Below, piece after piece: positions 19,548 to 30,315 of a stretch of DNA of 64,000 nucleotides; the first letter of the stretch is position 1, and the number at the start of each line of letters is the position of its first letter. This DNA comes from an uncultured Selenomonas sp. (lineage in GTDB: Bacteria; Bacillota; Negativicutes; Selenomonadales; Selenomonadaceae). The position numbers and the translations under genes were made by a program. Where the stretch lies: assembly GCF_963518105.1 (NCBI RefSeq), contig NZ_CAUQID010000005.1. The stretch is one strand, 5' to 3'. The notes below the pieces were generated by a model. That model was not told the DNA's origin. It made no database searches and saw only the letters and a program-made list of their open reading frames with translations.

Positions 19548-20255
19548 ATGAAGAGCAGTCTTGCCCCGTTCCTCGTCGTCAATCCGAAGTCGTATCTCTA
19601 CGGCAAGGCGTCGCTCGACCTCGCCCGCGCTGCCGATGCTGCCGCACAGAAGACAGGACTGAAGATCTACTTTACCTGTCCCTTCTCCGACATCCGATAC
19701 ATCCGCGAAAATACTGAGAACATCATCGTCACGGCACAGGCAATGGACAGTCTAAAGCCTGGGCGCGGTATGGGACATCTTCTGCCCGAGGCGCTCTACG
19801 AGGCGGGTGCGCGTGCGACCTTCCTCAACCACGCGGAGCACCCCATGACGATGGCAGAGCTCTCCAAAACGATTGTGCGTGCACGTGAGATCGGTATCGA
19901 GACCATCGCATGTGCGGACTCCCTCGCCGAGGGAACGGCCATCGCCGCATTTCGTCCCGACATCCTCCTGTGCGAGCCGACCGACCTCATCGGTACGGGC
20001 AAGACGGCAGATGACAGCTACACCACCTCCATCGTCGCGAAGATCCGCAGCATCGACCCTGCCATCGGCATTATGATTGCCTCCGGCATTACGACGGCAG
20101 ATGATGTCTACCGCGTCGTCCGTCTCGGAGCAGACGGCAGCGGTGCAACGAGCGGCATTTTGAATGCACCCGATCCTGCGGCGCGCATCATGGAGATGGC
20201 AGAGGCAGTCATACGCGCCGCAGCCGTACGCGATGCACAGGGCAGCGCAGCATAA
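19548..20255 (+). CDS. Triose-phosphate isomerase family protein (short, archaeal-like type)
   Basis: Start set at ATG 19548 (AGGAGG SD). Motifs: NPKSYLYG, FLNHAEH, CEPTDLIGTG, SGI..ADDV. Confidence 0.7.
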   Translation: MKSSLAPFLVVNPKSYLYGKASLDLARAADAAAQKTGLKIYFTCPFSDIRYIRENTENIIVTAQAMDSLKPGRGMGHLLPEALYEAGARATFLNHAEHPMTMAELSKTIVRAREIGIETIACADSLAEGTAIAAFRPDILLCEPTDLIGTGKTADDSYTTSIVAKIRSIDPAIGIMIASGITTADDVYRVVRLGADGSGATSGILNAPDPAARIMEMAEAVIRAAAVRDAQGSAA

Positions 20256-20266
20256 GGAGCACGGGT

Positions 20267-20788
20267 ATGAGCGTATACAAAAAGAAACTCGCCCTCACCT
20301 CGCACGGAGGGACACCAACCTTTATCAACATCACAGAAGAACTGCGTGCGGCCATCAAAGAGAGCGGCATCGCCGAGGGGATCGCGACCGTCATCACGCC
20401 GCATACGACCTGCGCCGTCTTCTTCGAGGAGTTCGTTCACGATGTGGATGAGACAGGCACAGAATTCCTGCAGAATGATCTGAACGCCGTCCTCGAAAAG
20501 ATCATCCCCGACCAAACGGACTGGGGCCAGTACCAATACCCCGGAGAGGCACACTACCGCGCCGTCGAGAGCTGGCCGGATGCCGAGGCGTACCTGCCGG
20601 GCGGCGACCGTACCGCACTCTGGAACTGTGACGCCCACCTCAAAGCAACCCTCATCGGCTCCTCGGAGACCTTTGAGGTCGCTGAGGGGAAACTCGCTGT
20701 CGGTACAACGGGCTACTGCTACTTTGCCGACTTCGACCGGACCCGTGCACGCACACGCAAGTGCACGATTGTAGTCATGGGTGCGTAA
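20267..20788 (+). CDS. YjbQ/UPF0047 family protein (secondary thiamine-phosphate synthase-like)
   Basis: 173 aa with PHTTCAVFFEEF...D..W and NCDAHLKATLIGSSE motifs typical of UPF0047. Confidence 0.8.
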   Translation: MSVYKKKLALTSHGGTPTFINITEELRAAIKESGIAEGIATVITPHTTCAVFFEEFVHDVDETGTEFLQNDLNAVLEKIIPDQTDWGQYQYPGEAHYRAVESWPDAEAYLPGGDRTALWNCDAHLKATLIGSSETFEVAEGKLAVGTTGYCYFADFDRTRARTRKCTIVVMGA

Positions 20789-20824
20789 AAGAATAGATGA
20801 AGCCGCACAGTATACACGGCTAAA

Positions 20825-20863
20825 AAGGCTGTCATAAAGTATCTGCTACTTTATGACAGCCTT
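20825..20863. terminator. Bidirectional terminator between convergent genes
   Basis: Perfect hairpin aaggctgtcataaagta/tactttatgacagcctt, flanked by A and T runs. Confidence 0.75.
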
Positions 20864-20880
20864 TATGTTGTTTACGCTTC

Positions 20881-22203
20881 TTACTTCAGCGCATACCCAT
20901 TGTTATACATCTTGTCCTGCTCTTTCCGAACCTGGTAGAGCTGCGTCGAGGTGTCGAGCTCGACCATATCGAGGGTGAGGAGAGTGCCCTTCTTAACGTC
21001 GCACTTCATGCGCGTGTTCTTGTTGACGAGGGCATAGACGACGTAGCCGTTCTTGTACGTCTCCTCGGCAGTAGCAATCGAGCCGTAGGTGGTGTAGCCG
21101 CCGATGCCGTCGATGGTCTCGCCCGCCTTCAGATCGCGCTTGGCAACGGCAATGCACTCGCTGACCGGCCCATCGAGCGGTATGATGGTCGGCTCGCCGT
21201 CGATGACAATCTTCGCGACGGTGAGCGGCGTCTCGAGATTGCAGAGATGATACGGACGGTAAAGCGTCCAGAGCGGCCCCGGGCCCATGCTGTGATAGCC
21301 CATCTGGTAAGCGATCTCGTCGTTGTCGGTGGTGACGGTGACGAATACGCCGGGCGCGATGCCGTTGACGTACTCCACAACACCATGCTGATTAAGGATG
21401 CCGCCGTCCTTCTTGAGTTTAAAGAGCTCGTTGAGGTCTGCACAACGATCCTTCGGCGATGCCGAGGGACCGTGTCCACCGATGACATCGGGGATGAAGC
21501 CGGTCGCATTCGACATGGCGGTCATCTCGACCATCGTCTTCGTGCCGTCCTTGAAGGAGGTGAGCATGCGCGGGCTCATCTTGCGGCGTGTTGCCTCCTC
21601 AAGCACGCTGTCGGGGTTGCAGTCATAGTCGAGCTTGTTGTTCTTGCCCTTGCCCATGACGACGACCTCCATGCCCATCGCACGGGCAAAGGAGTAAAGT
21701 TCCATGACAGCCCCGGGCTCGTCGCCCGCAGAGCCCGTGTAGATGACGCCGTTCTGGTCGCCGAGCTTCTTGAGGTAGCTGCCGATGACGACATCAGTCT
21801 CGACATCCATCATGACGACGTGCTTCTTGTTGTTCATCGCGTCGATGGCGATCTTGACCCCGACCTCGGGTACGCCCGTCACGTCGATCGCGACCTCGAC
21901 GAGATTCGCCTGCGAGATGAGATCCGAGTTCTCCGTCGCGACATACTTGCCCTGCTCCATGTAGCGGTTCGCCTCTGCGAGGTTCTTCGCAACCGCGATG
22001 TCCTCGTCGCTGATGCCCGCATAGTGGAAGGCATTAATGACGTTCTCAAACTTGATGTCCGAGACGATGGCGGGCATGATGCCCTTCATGCGCGCCATTT
22101 GCGTGACCATACCGCGCCCCATCTGGCCTGCGCCGACGATACCCGCACGGATGATCTTGCCCTCTGCCTCGCGTTTGGCGAGTTTCTTGTCCATATTCAG
22201 CAT
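20881..22203 (-). CDS. NAD(P)-dependent oxidoreductase with a C-terminal SAF domain (COG4091-like, homoserine-dehydrogenase-like fold)
   Basis: Start set at ATG 22203. Rossmann motif IVGAGQMGRGM and a SAF-like C-terminus (AKRDLKAGETIDGIGGY). Confidence 0.7.
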   Translation of the reverse strand: MLNMDKKLAKREAEGKIIRAGIVGAGQMGRGMVTQMARMKGIMPAIVSDIKFENVINAFHYAGISDEDIAVAKNLAEANRYMEQGKYVATENSDLISQANLVEVAIDVTGVPEVGVKIAIDAMNNKKHVVMMDVETDVVIGSYLKKLGDQNGVIYTGSAGDEPGAVMELYSFARAMGMEVVVMGKGKNNKLDYDCNPDSVLEEATRRKMSPRMLTSFKDGTKTMVEMTAMSNATGFIPDVIGGHGPSASPKDRCADLNELFKLKKDGGILNQHGVVEYVNGIAPGVFVTVTTDNDEIAYQMGYHSMGPGPLWTLYRPYHLCNLETPLTVAKIVIDGEPTIIPLDGPVSECIAVAKRDLKAGETIDGIGGYTTYGSIATAEETYKNGYVVYALVNKNTRMKCDVKKGTLLTLDMVELDTSTQLYQVRKEQDKMYNNGYALK

Positions 22204-22322
22204 TGAGAAACCCCTTTCGCCCACCTGTCGGTGGAACTTCTTTCATCTGACTTATTTTAGTATAGCACCGTATCCATAGGCTTACAATATCGGATGCACT
22301 GAATTTGCGTAAACATAGATAC

Positions 22323-22364
22323 AAAAAAGAGGTACGTTTCCATCTGTAAAGAAACGTACCTCTT
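22323..22364 (-). terminator. Rho-independent terminator after groEL
   Basis: The minus strand reads aagaggtacgtttc...gaaacgtacctctt followed by TTTT. Confidence 0.85.
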
Positions 22365-22398
22365 CGCATTTACACTTGACGCATGGTGCAGCAGCTGC

Positions 22399-24027
<1,629 letters not shown>

Positions 24028-24050
24028 TTATATTGCCTCCACTTTATCTA

Positions 24051-24332
24051 TTACAGGATTGCCAGAATGTCGCTCTCACGGACAATGAGGTAGTCCTTGT
24101 CATCGACCTTGATCTCAGAGCCGGAGTACTTCGAGAAGACGACGCCGTCACCGACCTTGACTTCCATCGCAGCACGCTCGCCGCTCTCAAGCAGCTTGCC
24201 CGTGCCGACCGCAACGACCTTGCCCTTCTGCGGCTTCTCCTTCGCCGTATCGGGGAGCACAATGCCGCTCGCCGTCGTAACGTCGCTCTCTGCAACCTCG
24301 ATGACAACACGTTCGCCCAGTGGCTTAATCAT
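24051..24332 (-). CDS. groS: Co-chaperonin GroES
   Basis: 93 aa, [13 protein letters not shown]..., immediately upstream of groEL. Confidence 0.97.
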   Translation of the reverse strand: MIKPLGERVVIEVAESDVTTASGIVLPDTAKEKPQKGKVVAVGTGKLLESGERAAMEVKVGDGVVFSKYSGSEIKVDDKDYLIVRESDILAIL

Positions 24333-24370
24333 GGTATCTGCCTCCTAGTTGTTCCAATCATTTTTCTATG

Positions 24371-24397
24371 TTAGCACTCTCGTGTTCTGAGTGCTAA
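24371..24397 (-). promoter_or_regulatory. CIRCE operator (HrcA binding site)
   Basis: Perfect TTAGCACTC-N9-GAGTGCTAA between the promoter and groES. Confidence 0.9.
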
Positions 24398-24409
24398 CTT
24401 ACGATGTAT

Positions 24410-24438
24410 ATAGTAAATGTTTTAAGTCAAAAAGTCAA
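24410..24438 (-). promoter_or_regulatory. Sigma-70 promoter of groESL
   Basis: Minus strand: TTGACT, 17-nt spacer, TACTAT, directly upstream of CIRCE. Confidence 0.6.
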
Positions 24439-24460
24439 TAGCTTTTTTCTAAAAAAGTCA

Positions 24461-24511
24461 AAAAAACAATAAAAAGACTGTACCACGCAGCATTTTGCTC
24501 CGCAGTACAGT
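24461..24511 (-). terminator. Rho-independent terminator after the MCP gene
   Basis: The minus strand reads gactgtactgcggagca...tgctgcgtggtacagtc followed by TTTTTATTGTTTTTT. Confidence 0.75.
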
Positions 24512-24548
24512 CAATTCTGCAGATCCTGCCCATGCAGCAGGAGCCCTG

Positions 24549-26276
24549 TTATCCTTTGCTGAATGCCGCCACGAGGTTCTTGAGCCGCGCTGTCCCCTCC
24601 TTGAAGGATTGGATCTTGCGCAGGATCTCCTCGTAATCGCCCGCCATACCGACAACCTTTTCGGCAATGCGGGTGTTGCCCTCCGCGCCCTCATGCGTCG
24701 CGTTGCGGATCTCTTCCATCGCTGCATTCATCTCGCTGACGGATGCGAGGAGCTGCTGTGCGCGTGCACTCGTCTCAGATGCATTCCTGCGGAAGAACTC
24801 TGCATCCTCCTTGTACTGCACCGCCGTCTTCCCCATCATGTCATAGTCGCTGCGTATGTTCTCGTCGATGAAGGCGAGCAGCTTGTTGGTACCGTCAGAG
24901 AGTGCCTGTACCGAGCCGGTGACCTGTCCCGTGAGCCCCTTGATCTTCTCTGCCGTACCGCGCGACTGCTCCGCGAGCTTGCCGACCTCGCCTGCGACGA
25001 CCGCAAATCCGCGTCCCTGCTCGCCCGCACGCGCCGCCTCGATGCTCGCATTGAGCGCGAGAAGGTTCGTCTGCTCAGCGATCTCGGAGATTTCTAGGGT
25101 CAGCTGACCGATCTGTTCGACCACCTTCGAGGATGCGATGGCCGCCGCAACCGACTCCTTCGTCGAGCCATAGATGACGCGTGTGTTCTGGCGCGACTGC
25201 TCCATGTTCGTCTGGAGGTCGGCAGCGCGCTGCGCGACCTCACGCGTATACGACTCGCTCTCCTGTGCAGCATCCGATGCAGCCTTGATGCCCTCGCCGA
25301 GGCCGCCGCTGAGATGCTGGACATTCGCCGTGGATGCCGCCGTCTCCTGCATCCCCGCCGACATTTCCTCGGTTACCGCAGACATATCCTGCGTATCTCC
25401 GCTGAGGCTGCTGAGCATCTGCTCCAGGTCTGCGACCATCGCGTCGGTCTGCTCCGCCTCCTCATGCACCTGCTTCATAAAGCCCTGCATCTTGCCGAGC
25501 GCCTGCACGACCGTACCGATCTCATCTGCCCGTGCTGAGAGCTCGGCGGGGATCGCGCGGGAGAGATCACCCGCCGCCACGGCACTCAGATGACCGATGG
25601 AGGCAGCAAGCGGATTCGAGATATTGTCCGCGATGCGGCGCGAGACGAGCATGCCGAACGCGACCGCAACGGCAATGATGAGGAGAAATCCATAGATTGT
25701 ACGATCGTAGCGTGCATTGTTCTCCTCAAAAACCTGCTTGCCCTGGAATACGTTATCCGGTGTAAGCACCGCCATATTGCTCGAGATGACGGTGAGCGAG
25801 GAGACATTCTCGAAGATGGCAGCGCGATCCTCAGGCGATGTGCCGAGGCTGTTGATCGCCCCGATCTTCTGCACCGCCGTGCCGAGGTTCTGCTCCAGCG
25901 CTGCGATGGTCGCTTGCGCACGCTCGCTCGTATCAATCTTTTTCAGCTCCTCCATGTCATGGCGGATGCCGTCCAGATTCCCGAGGATATCATCCACGAG
26001 AATCTTGCGGTTCTCCGCCGTGAAGCCGTCCTGCAGGAGGTAGGGCACGTTGACGCTGATTTTCCGCAGACGTCCGTTTGCAGCATTCAGATACTGTGTC
26101 GACATGAGATTGTGGTGATACATATCGTCAAGCGACTGCTTTGCCCGATAGTTCGAGTAGATGCCTACGGCAGCGACAATGACCATGGCCGCAAGCAGGA
26201 ATACAGAGAGGATAAAGATCTTCGTCCGCACGGCGTAGTCCTTCATCGCCTCAGCAGAGATGAATGGCAGATTCAT
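24549..26276 (-). CDS. Methyl-accepting chemotaxis protein (4-helix-bundle sensor, HAMP, signalling domain)
   Basis: 575 aa, two TM helices, with the highly conserved hairpin motif [31 protein letters not shown]. Confidence 0.95.
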   Translation of the reverse strand: MNLPFISAEAMKDYAVRTKIFILSVFLLAAMVIVAAVGIYSNYRAKQSLDDMYHHNLMSTQYLNAANGRLRKISVNVPYLLQDGFTAENRKILVDDILGNLDGIRHDMEELKKIDTSERAQATIAALEQNLGTAVQKIGAINSLGTSPEDRAAIFENVSSLTVISSNMAVLTPDNVFQGKQVFEENNARYDRTIYGFLLIIAVAVAFGMLVSRRIADNISNPLAASIGHLSAVAAGDLSRAIPAELSARADEIGTVVQALGKMQGFMKQVHEEAEQTDAMVADLEQMLSSLSGDTQDMSAVTEEMSAGMQETAASTANVQHLSGGLGEGIKAASDAAQESESYTREVAQRAADLQTNMEQSRQNTRVIYGSTKESVAAAIASSKVVEQIGQLTLEISEIAEQTNLLALNASIEAARAGEQGRGFAVVAGEVGKLAEQSRGTAEKIKGLTGQVTGSVQALSDGTNKLLAFIDENIRSDYDMMGKTAVQYKEDAEFFRRNASETSARAQQLLASVSEMNAAMEEIRNATHEGAEGNTRIAEKVVGMAGDYEEILRKIQSFKEGTARLKNLVAAFSKG

Positions 26277-26288
26277 AGCGTGCTCCTC

Positions 26289-27212
26289 CTACTTCGCAGC
26301 CTGCGCAAGGTTGTCCTGCGTGATGGATGTAAACGGGACGGCGAGGTCCCCGCTCGGCGGATTCCCTTTGATGAATCCCTCAGCGAGCGTAAGTGCCCCC
26401 TCGCCCTGCGCCTTGGCATCCTGTTTGATGGTCTGCGCCATCTCGCCCGCTTCGACGGCAGCGAGTCCCGCCGCCGTCGCATCGACGCCGGAGATGAGGC
26501 AGCCCTCCAGTCTGCCTGCGCCCTTCAGCGCTGCCACAGCGCCAAGCGCCATATCGTCGTTGCCCGCAACGACGCCATCGATCTCCGGGAACATGCTCAT
26601 CCAGAGCATCATGGTTTTGAGTGCCTCTGCCTTGCTCCACCCCGCATCAACAAAGGAGAGAAGCTGTATGTCGGAGCGTCTGTCAAGACACGCCGCCTTG
26701 AATCCCTCCCAGCGTCCCACAGCGCTGCCCTGCGTACCGTCGCCCTGCAGATAGACGATCTTTGCATTCGGCGGCAGGTGTGCTGCCATATACTCGCCCT
26801 GCATCCGCCCCGCCTCCACATCGTCGGAGAATGCGCGCAGGACCTTGCCGCCCGCGACGCTGCGATTAACTGTAATAATGGGGATGCCCGCATCGTTCGC
26901 CTTCTCAATGGTCTTGACGATGCTTGACCCATCCGCAGCTAGGAGAATAATCGCGCCCGCGCCGTCACTGATGACCTCGTTCAGCTGGTCGATCTGCAGA
27001 TTGCCGTCCCCCTTCGCATCGAGGAAGGTGACCTCGATGCCGTCTGCCTGCGCCTTTTTCGCAAAGGCATCCTTAAGCTGGGCACAGAATCCGTCGCTGT
27101 CATCGTAGTTCGCATAAACGACGCGATCGGAACTGCTGCCGGTAAGGCTGCAGCCTGAGAGTGCAAGGCAGGCAGCGGGCAGCAGCGCAAGCCCCCATTT
27201 CTTTAGACTCAT
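26289..27212 (-). CDS. Periplasmic sugar-binding lipoprotein (RbsB/PBP1 family), orphan
   Basis: Lipobox LALSGC. Type I periplasmic binding fold motifs (ILLAADGSSIV...ANDAGIPIITVNR). No permease or ATPase genes are adjacent, and the stop lies 12 nt before the MCP start. Confidence 0.85.
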   Translation of the reverse strand: MSLKKWGLALLPAACLALSGCSLTGSSSDRVVYANYDDSDGFCAQLKDAFAKKAQADGIEVTFLDAKGDGNLQIDQLNEVISDGAGAIILLAADGSSIVKTIEKANDAGIPIITVNRSVAGGKVLRAFSDDVEAGRMQGEYMAAHLPPNAKIVYLQGDGTQGSAVGRWEGFKAACLDRRSDIQLLSFVDAGWSKAEALKTMMLWMSMFPEIDGVVAGNDDMALGAVAALKGAGRLEGCLISGVDATAAGLAAVEAGEMAQTIKQDAKAQGEGALTLAEGFIKGNPPSGDLAVPFTSITQDNLAQAAK

Positions 27213-27265
27213 GACATGTACTCCTTTTGAACTCCCCTGGGGATATAGAAACGTCCACAGGGCGC

Positions 27266-27766
27266 TTACATCTGCTTGACCGGCACAGGACCACGTGAGA
27301 GGGCAATCGCCCCCGTCCGCGCAATCTCGATGATGCCGTAGTCGGAGAGCAGCTCCGAGAGAGCGTCGATCTTCTTCGCATCGCCCGTCAGCTCGACGAC
27401 GACATTCTCCGCACCGACATCCACGATGCGTGCACGGAAGATGTTCACCACGTCAATGATCTCAGCGCGGTTCTCCTTCGTCGCACGCACCTTGATGAGG
27501 ACGAGCTCGCGCGTGATGGATTCCAGCTGCGTAAGGTTGACAATCTTCACAACGTCGATCAGCTTCGAGAGCTGCGTGACAACCTGCCGCAGCTCATTCT
27601 CCGAGACAACGGATACGACAATGTTGATGCGTGTGACATCCGCCTCCTCCGTGTAGCCGGCGGAGATGCTCTCGATGTTGAACGCACGGCGGCTGATGAG
27701 CCCTGCAATATGGGTGAGGACGCCGGGCTTGTTGTCAACGAGCACGGCGAGCAGGTATTTATCCAT
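27266..27766 (-). CDS. ilvN: Acetolactate synthase small (regulatory) subunit
   Basis: Start set at ATG 27766 (MDKYLLAVLVDNKPGVLTHIAGLISRRAFNIESI), an ACT domain. Confidence 0.93.
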   Translation of the reverse strand: MDKYLLAVLVDNKPGVLTHIAGLISRRAFNIESISAGYTEEADVTRINIVVSVVSENELRQVVTQLSKLIDVVKIVNLTQLESITRELVLIKVRATKENRAEIIDVVNIFRARIVDVGAENVVVELTGDAKKIDALSELLSDYGIIEIARTGAIALSRGPVPVKQM

Positions 27767-27767
27767 C

Positions 27768-29453
27768 TTATCTCCCTCCCAGCACCATCTGATCGAGCCG
27801 CTTGCCGCCCGGCACCATCGGCACAACATCCGCTTCCTCGGGGACGATCACATCAATGAGCCGTGCGCCCTTCTCGCGCAAAACGCGCGGCAGCACCTCG
27901 GCAAACGCCGCCCGGGTGCTGATGCGGCAGGCGGTGATCCCCATCGCTTCAGCGAGCTTGACGAAGTCGGTCTTCCCCTTCAGCTCCGAAGCGGAGTAGT
28001 GCCGGCTGTAAAAGAGACGCTGCCACTGTCCGACCATGCCGAGGATAGAATTATGCACAATGATGATTTTGATATCAATATCGTTGTCCGCCGCCGTCGC
28101 CAGTTCCTGACAGTTCATCATGATACTGCCGTCGCCCGTGATGAGGACGACCTCCCGTTCCGGACAGGCGAGTTTTGCACCGATAGCGGCCGGCAGCCCG
28201 TAGCCCATCGTGCCGAGCCCTCCCGAGGTGAGGAAGCGCCGCGGTGCAGAGCAGCCGAAGAACTGCGCCGCCCACATCTGATGCTGTCCCACGTCGGTAA
28301 CACAGATGGCATCGGCATCAGTTAATGCGCGCACCCGGCTGATGAGCTCCTCGGGGCGGATATCCTCCGACGGCTTCCAGCCGAGCGGATGCGCGCGCTC
28401 CATCGAGAGCACCTCACCCAGCCACGGACGGAAACGTACGCGCAGATCCTCCTTGGCCGCATTCTTCACAACATCTGTAAGCGCTGGCAGCGTCTGGCGC
28501 AGGTCGCCGATGACAGAAATGTCCGCACGCACATTCTTGTTCATCTCTGCCGGGTCAATATCGAAATGCACAATGCGCGCCTTCGGTGCAAAGGATGCTG
28601 CAGCGCCCGTCACACGATCACTGAACCGTGTGCCGACAGCGATCAAGAGGTCGCAGTCCTGAATCGCCATGTTGGACGCATACGCACCATGCATCCCCGC
28701 CATCCCCGTAAAGCCCTCCGTCCCCGCAGGGACGGCACCGAGCCCCATAAGCGTTGCGACTGACGGCATTCCCGTCATCTCGATGAGTGCGCGAATGTAT
28801 GCCGCCGTATCGGAGAGCACCACACCACCGCCGACAAAGAGCAGCGGCCGCTGCGCAGCAAAGAGCGCCTCAGCTGCCTCCCATACCGCCGGCACCTCGA
28901 AAGAGGTCTCGCCTGTATAGCCGTGCAGCTCGACCTGCGCTGGATAGCTGTACGCAATCTGCGTATCGAATACATCCTTCGCCACGTCGATGACAACCAC
29001 CCCCGGCCGCCCTGTCCGTGCGATGTAGAACGCCTCCTTCACCACGCGCGGCAGCTCCTTGGCATCCTTCACGAGATAGTTATGCTTTGTGATCGGTGTC
29101 GTGATGCCGACGATATCTGCCTCTTGAAAGGAGTCCTTGCCGATATACGGATTCGCCACCTGTCCCGTAATGCAGACCATCGGCACGGAGTCCATGTGTG
29201 CCGTCGCGATGCCTGTCACAAGATTCGTCGCGCCGGGGCCCGAGGTCGCAAAGACCACACCGACCTTACCCGAGGCACGGGCGTACCCATCCGCCGCATG
29301 TGCCGCTCCCTGCTCATGACGCGTGAGGACATGCGGGAACTTCATCTTATACACTTCATCATAGAGCGTGAGCACCGCGCCGCCCGGATACCCGAATACG
29401 ACATCGACGCCCTCCTCTTTTAGGCTCTCCAAGAGTGCCCGTGCACCATTCAT
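27768..29453 (-). CDS. ilvB: Acetolactate synthase large subunit
   Basis: Start set at ATG 29453 (AGGAGGGG SD; MNGARALLESLKEEGVDVVFGYPGGA...). ThDP motif GLGTMGYGLPAAIGA...ITGDGS. Confidence 0.95.
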   Translation of the reverse strand: MNGARALLESLKEEGVDVVFGYPGGAVLTLYDEVYKMKFPHVLTRHEQGAAHAADGYARASGKVGVVFATSGPGATNLVTGIATAHMDSVPMVCITGQVANPYIGKDSFQEADIVGITTPITKHNYLVKDAKELPRVVKEAFYIARTGRPGVVVIDVAKDVFDTQIAYSYPAQVELHGYTGETSFEVPAVWEAAEALFAAQRPLLFVGGGVVLSDTAAYIRALIEMTGMPSVATLMGLGAVPAGTEGFTGMAGMHGAYASNMAIQDCDLLIAVGTRFSDRVTGAAASFAPKARIVHFDIDPAEMNKNVRADISVIGDLRQTLPALTDVVKNAAKEDLRVRFRPWLGEVLSMERAHPLGWKPSEDIRPEELISRVRALTDADAICVTDVGQHQMWAAQFFGCSAPRRFLTSGGLGTMGYGLPAAIGAKLACPEREVVLITGDGSIMMNCQELATAADNDIDIKIIIVHNSILGMVGQWQRLFYSRHYSASELKGKTDFVKLAEAMGITACRISTRAAFAEVLPRVLREKGARLIDVIVPEEADVVPMVPGGKRLDQMVLGGR

Positions 29454-29506
29454 CAGCAATAGAACCCCTCCTAAATATAAAGCTCCCCCATGATAATACA
29501 CCATAT

Positions 29507-29535
29507 ATTATAGGACTATTGTTAATTTTTTACAA
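29507..29535 (-). promoter_or_regulatory. Sigma-70 promoter of ilvBN
   Basis: Minus strand: TTGTAA, 17-nt spacer, TATAAT. The leader is short (about 45 nt) with no attenuator or T-box. Confidence 0.6.
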
Positions 29536-29588
29536 GCAGATCGCGCATATAGCGCATCATCCGACAAGAAAAAACATTAACACAGGAT

Positions 29589-29615
29589 AAAAAAGCCGAC
29601 TCCAATAGAGTCAGC
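29589..29615 (-). terminator. Rho-independent terminator after comFC
   Basis: The minus strand reads gctgactctattggagtcggc followed by TTTTTT. Confidence 0.7.
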
Positions 29616-29639
29616 ATCTTCCTCCCGCGTGCGCATATA

Positions 29640-30284
29640 CTAAATATGTTCGCTGGCGAGCACAAGCGCATAAATATTGCACGCACCTGCCCGCCGCAGT
29701 GCCTGTGCACAGGCTGTGAGCGTCGCCCCTGTCGTCATGATATCGTCCACGAGGAGGATATTCCTGCCCGCCGGATCCGCACCGTCCGCTGCGGCAAATG
29801 CCCCGCGCAGCTCCATACGGCGCTCCGTCCGTGTCAGCGTGTAGAGCGGCGCAGTATCGCGCGTGCGCACGAGGAGCCGGTCGAGCGGGATGCCGTGCGC
29901 CTGCAGCCAGGGAGCAAAGATCTCTGCCGTCTGGTTAAACCCCCGCACCTGTTCTCGTGCCGATGAGAGCGGAACGGCAACGGCAGTCAGAGGGCGCGGC
30001 AAATCGGCAAGCACTCCGTCGCCCGCCGTGAGCAGTCCGCGCAGCGCGGGAAGCGCAGATCTCTGCCGCTGATACTTCAGTGCACGCAGGAGGTCCCGCA
30101 CGCCCTCACGGTAGTGCGTGAGCGACCAGATGCCGCACAGACACGCCATATCGCCCGTCCGCGCATGTGCGTGCACGGCAATGAGACGCTGCGCACAGGC
30201 GGAACAGAATCCGCGCTGCTCTACATAGCGGGCACAGCTGGGACAGCGCGGCGGAAAGATTAGATCAAGCAGGGCGGAAAACAC
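29640..30284 (-). CDS. comFC: ComF-family phosphoribosyltransferase-like competence protein (ComFC)
   Basis: N-terminal FPPRCPSC...C.AC zinc-finger-like motif and the C-terminal PRT motif ILLVDDIMTTGATL. The start is uncertain: GTG 30284 has the best SD spacing (GAGGGA), with alternative ATGs at 30290, 30302 and 30332. Confidence 0.85.
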   Translation of the reverse strand: MFSALLDLIFPPRCPSCARYVEQRGFCSACAQRLIAVHAHARTGDMACLCGIWSLTHYREGVRDLLRALKYQRQRSALPALRGLLTAGDGVLADLPRPLTAVAVPLSSAREQVRGFNQTAEIFAPWLQAHGIPLDRLLVRTRDTAPLYTLTRTERRMELRGAFAAADGADPAGRNILLVDDIMTTGATLTACAQALRRAGACNIYALVLASEHI

Positions 30285-30315
30285 GTGCATCCCTCGTTCC
30301 ATGGACAAAAAATGA

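Noticed and set aside
29454-29640. Looked for a T-box, leader peptide or attenuator upstream of ilvBN.
   Set aside because: The promoter lies only about 45 nt from the ATG. The leader has no terminator/antiterminator pair and no Ile/Leu/Val-rich mini-ORF.
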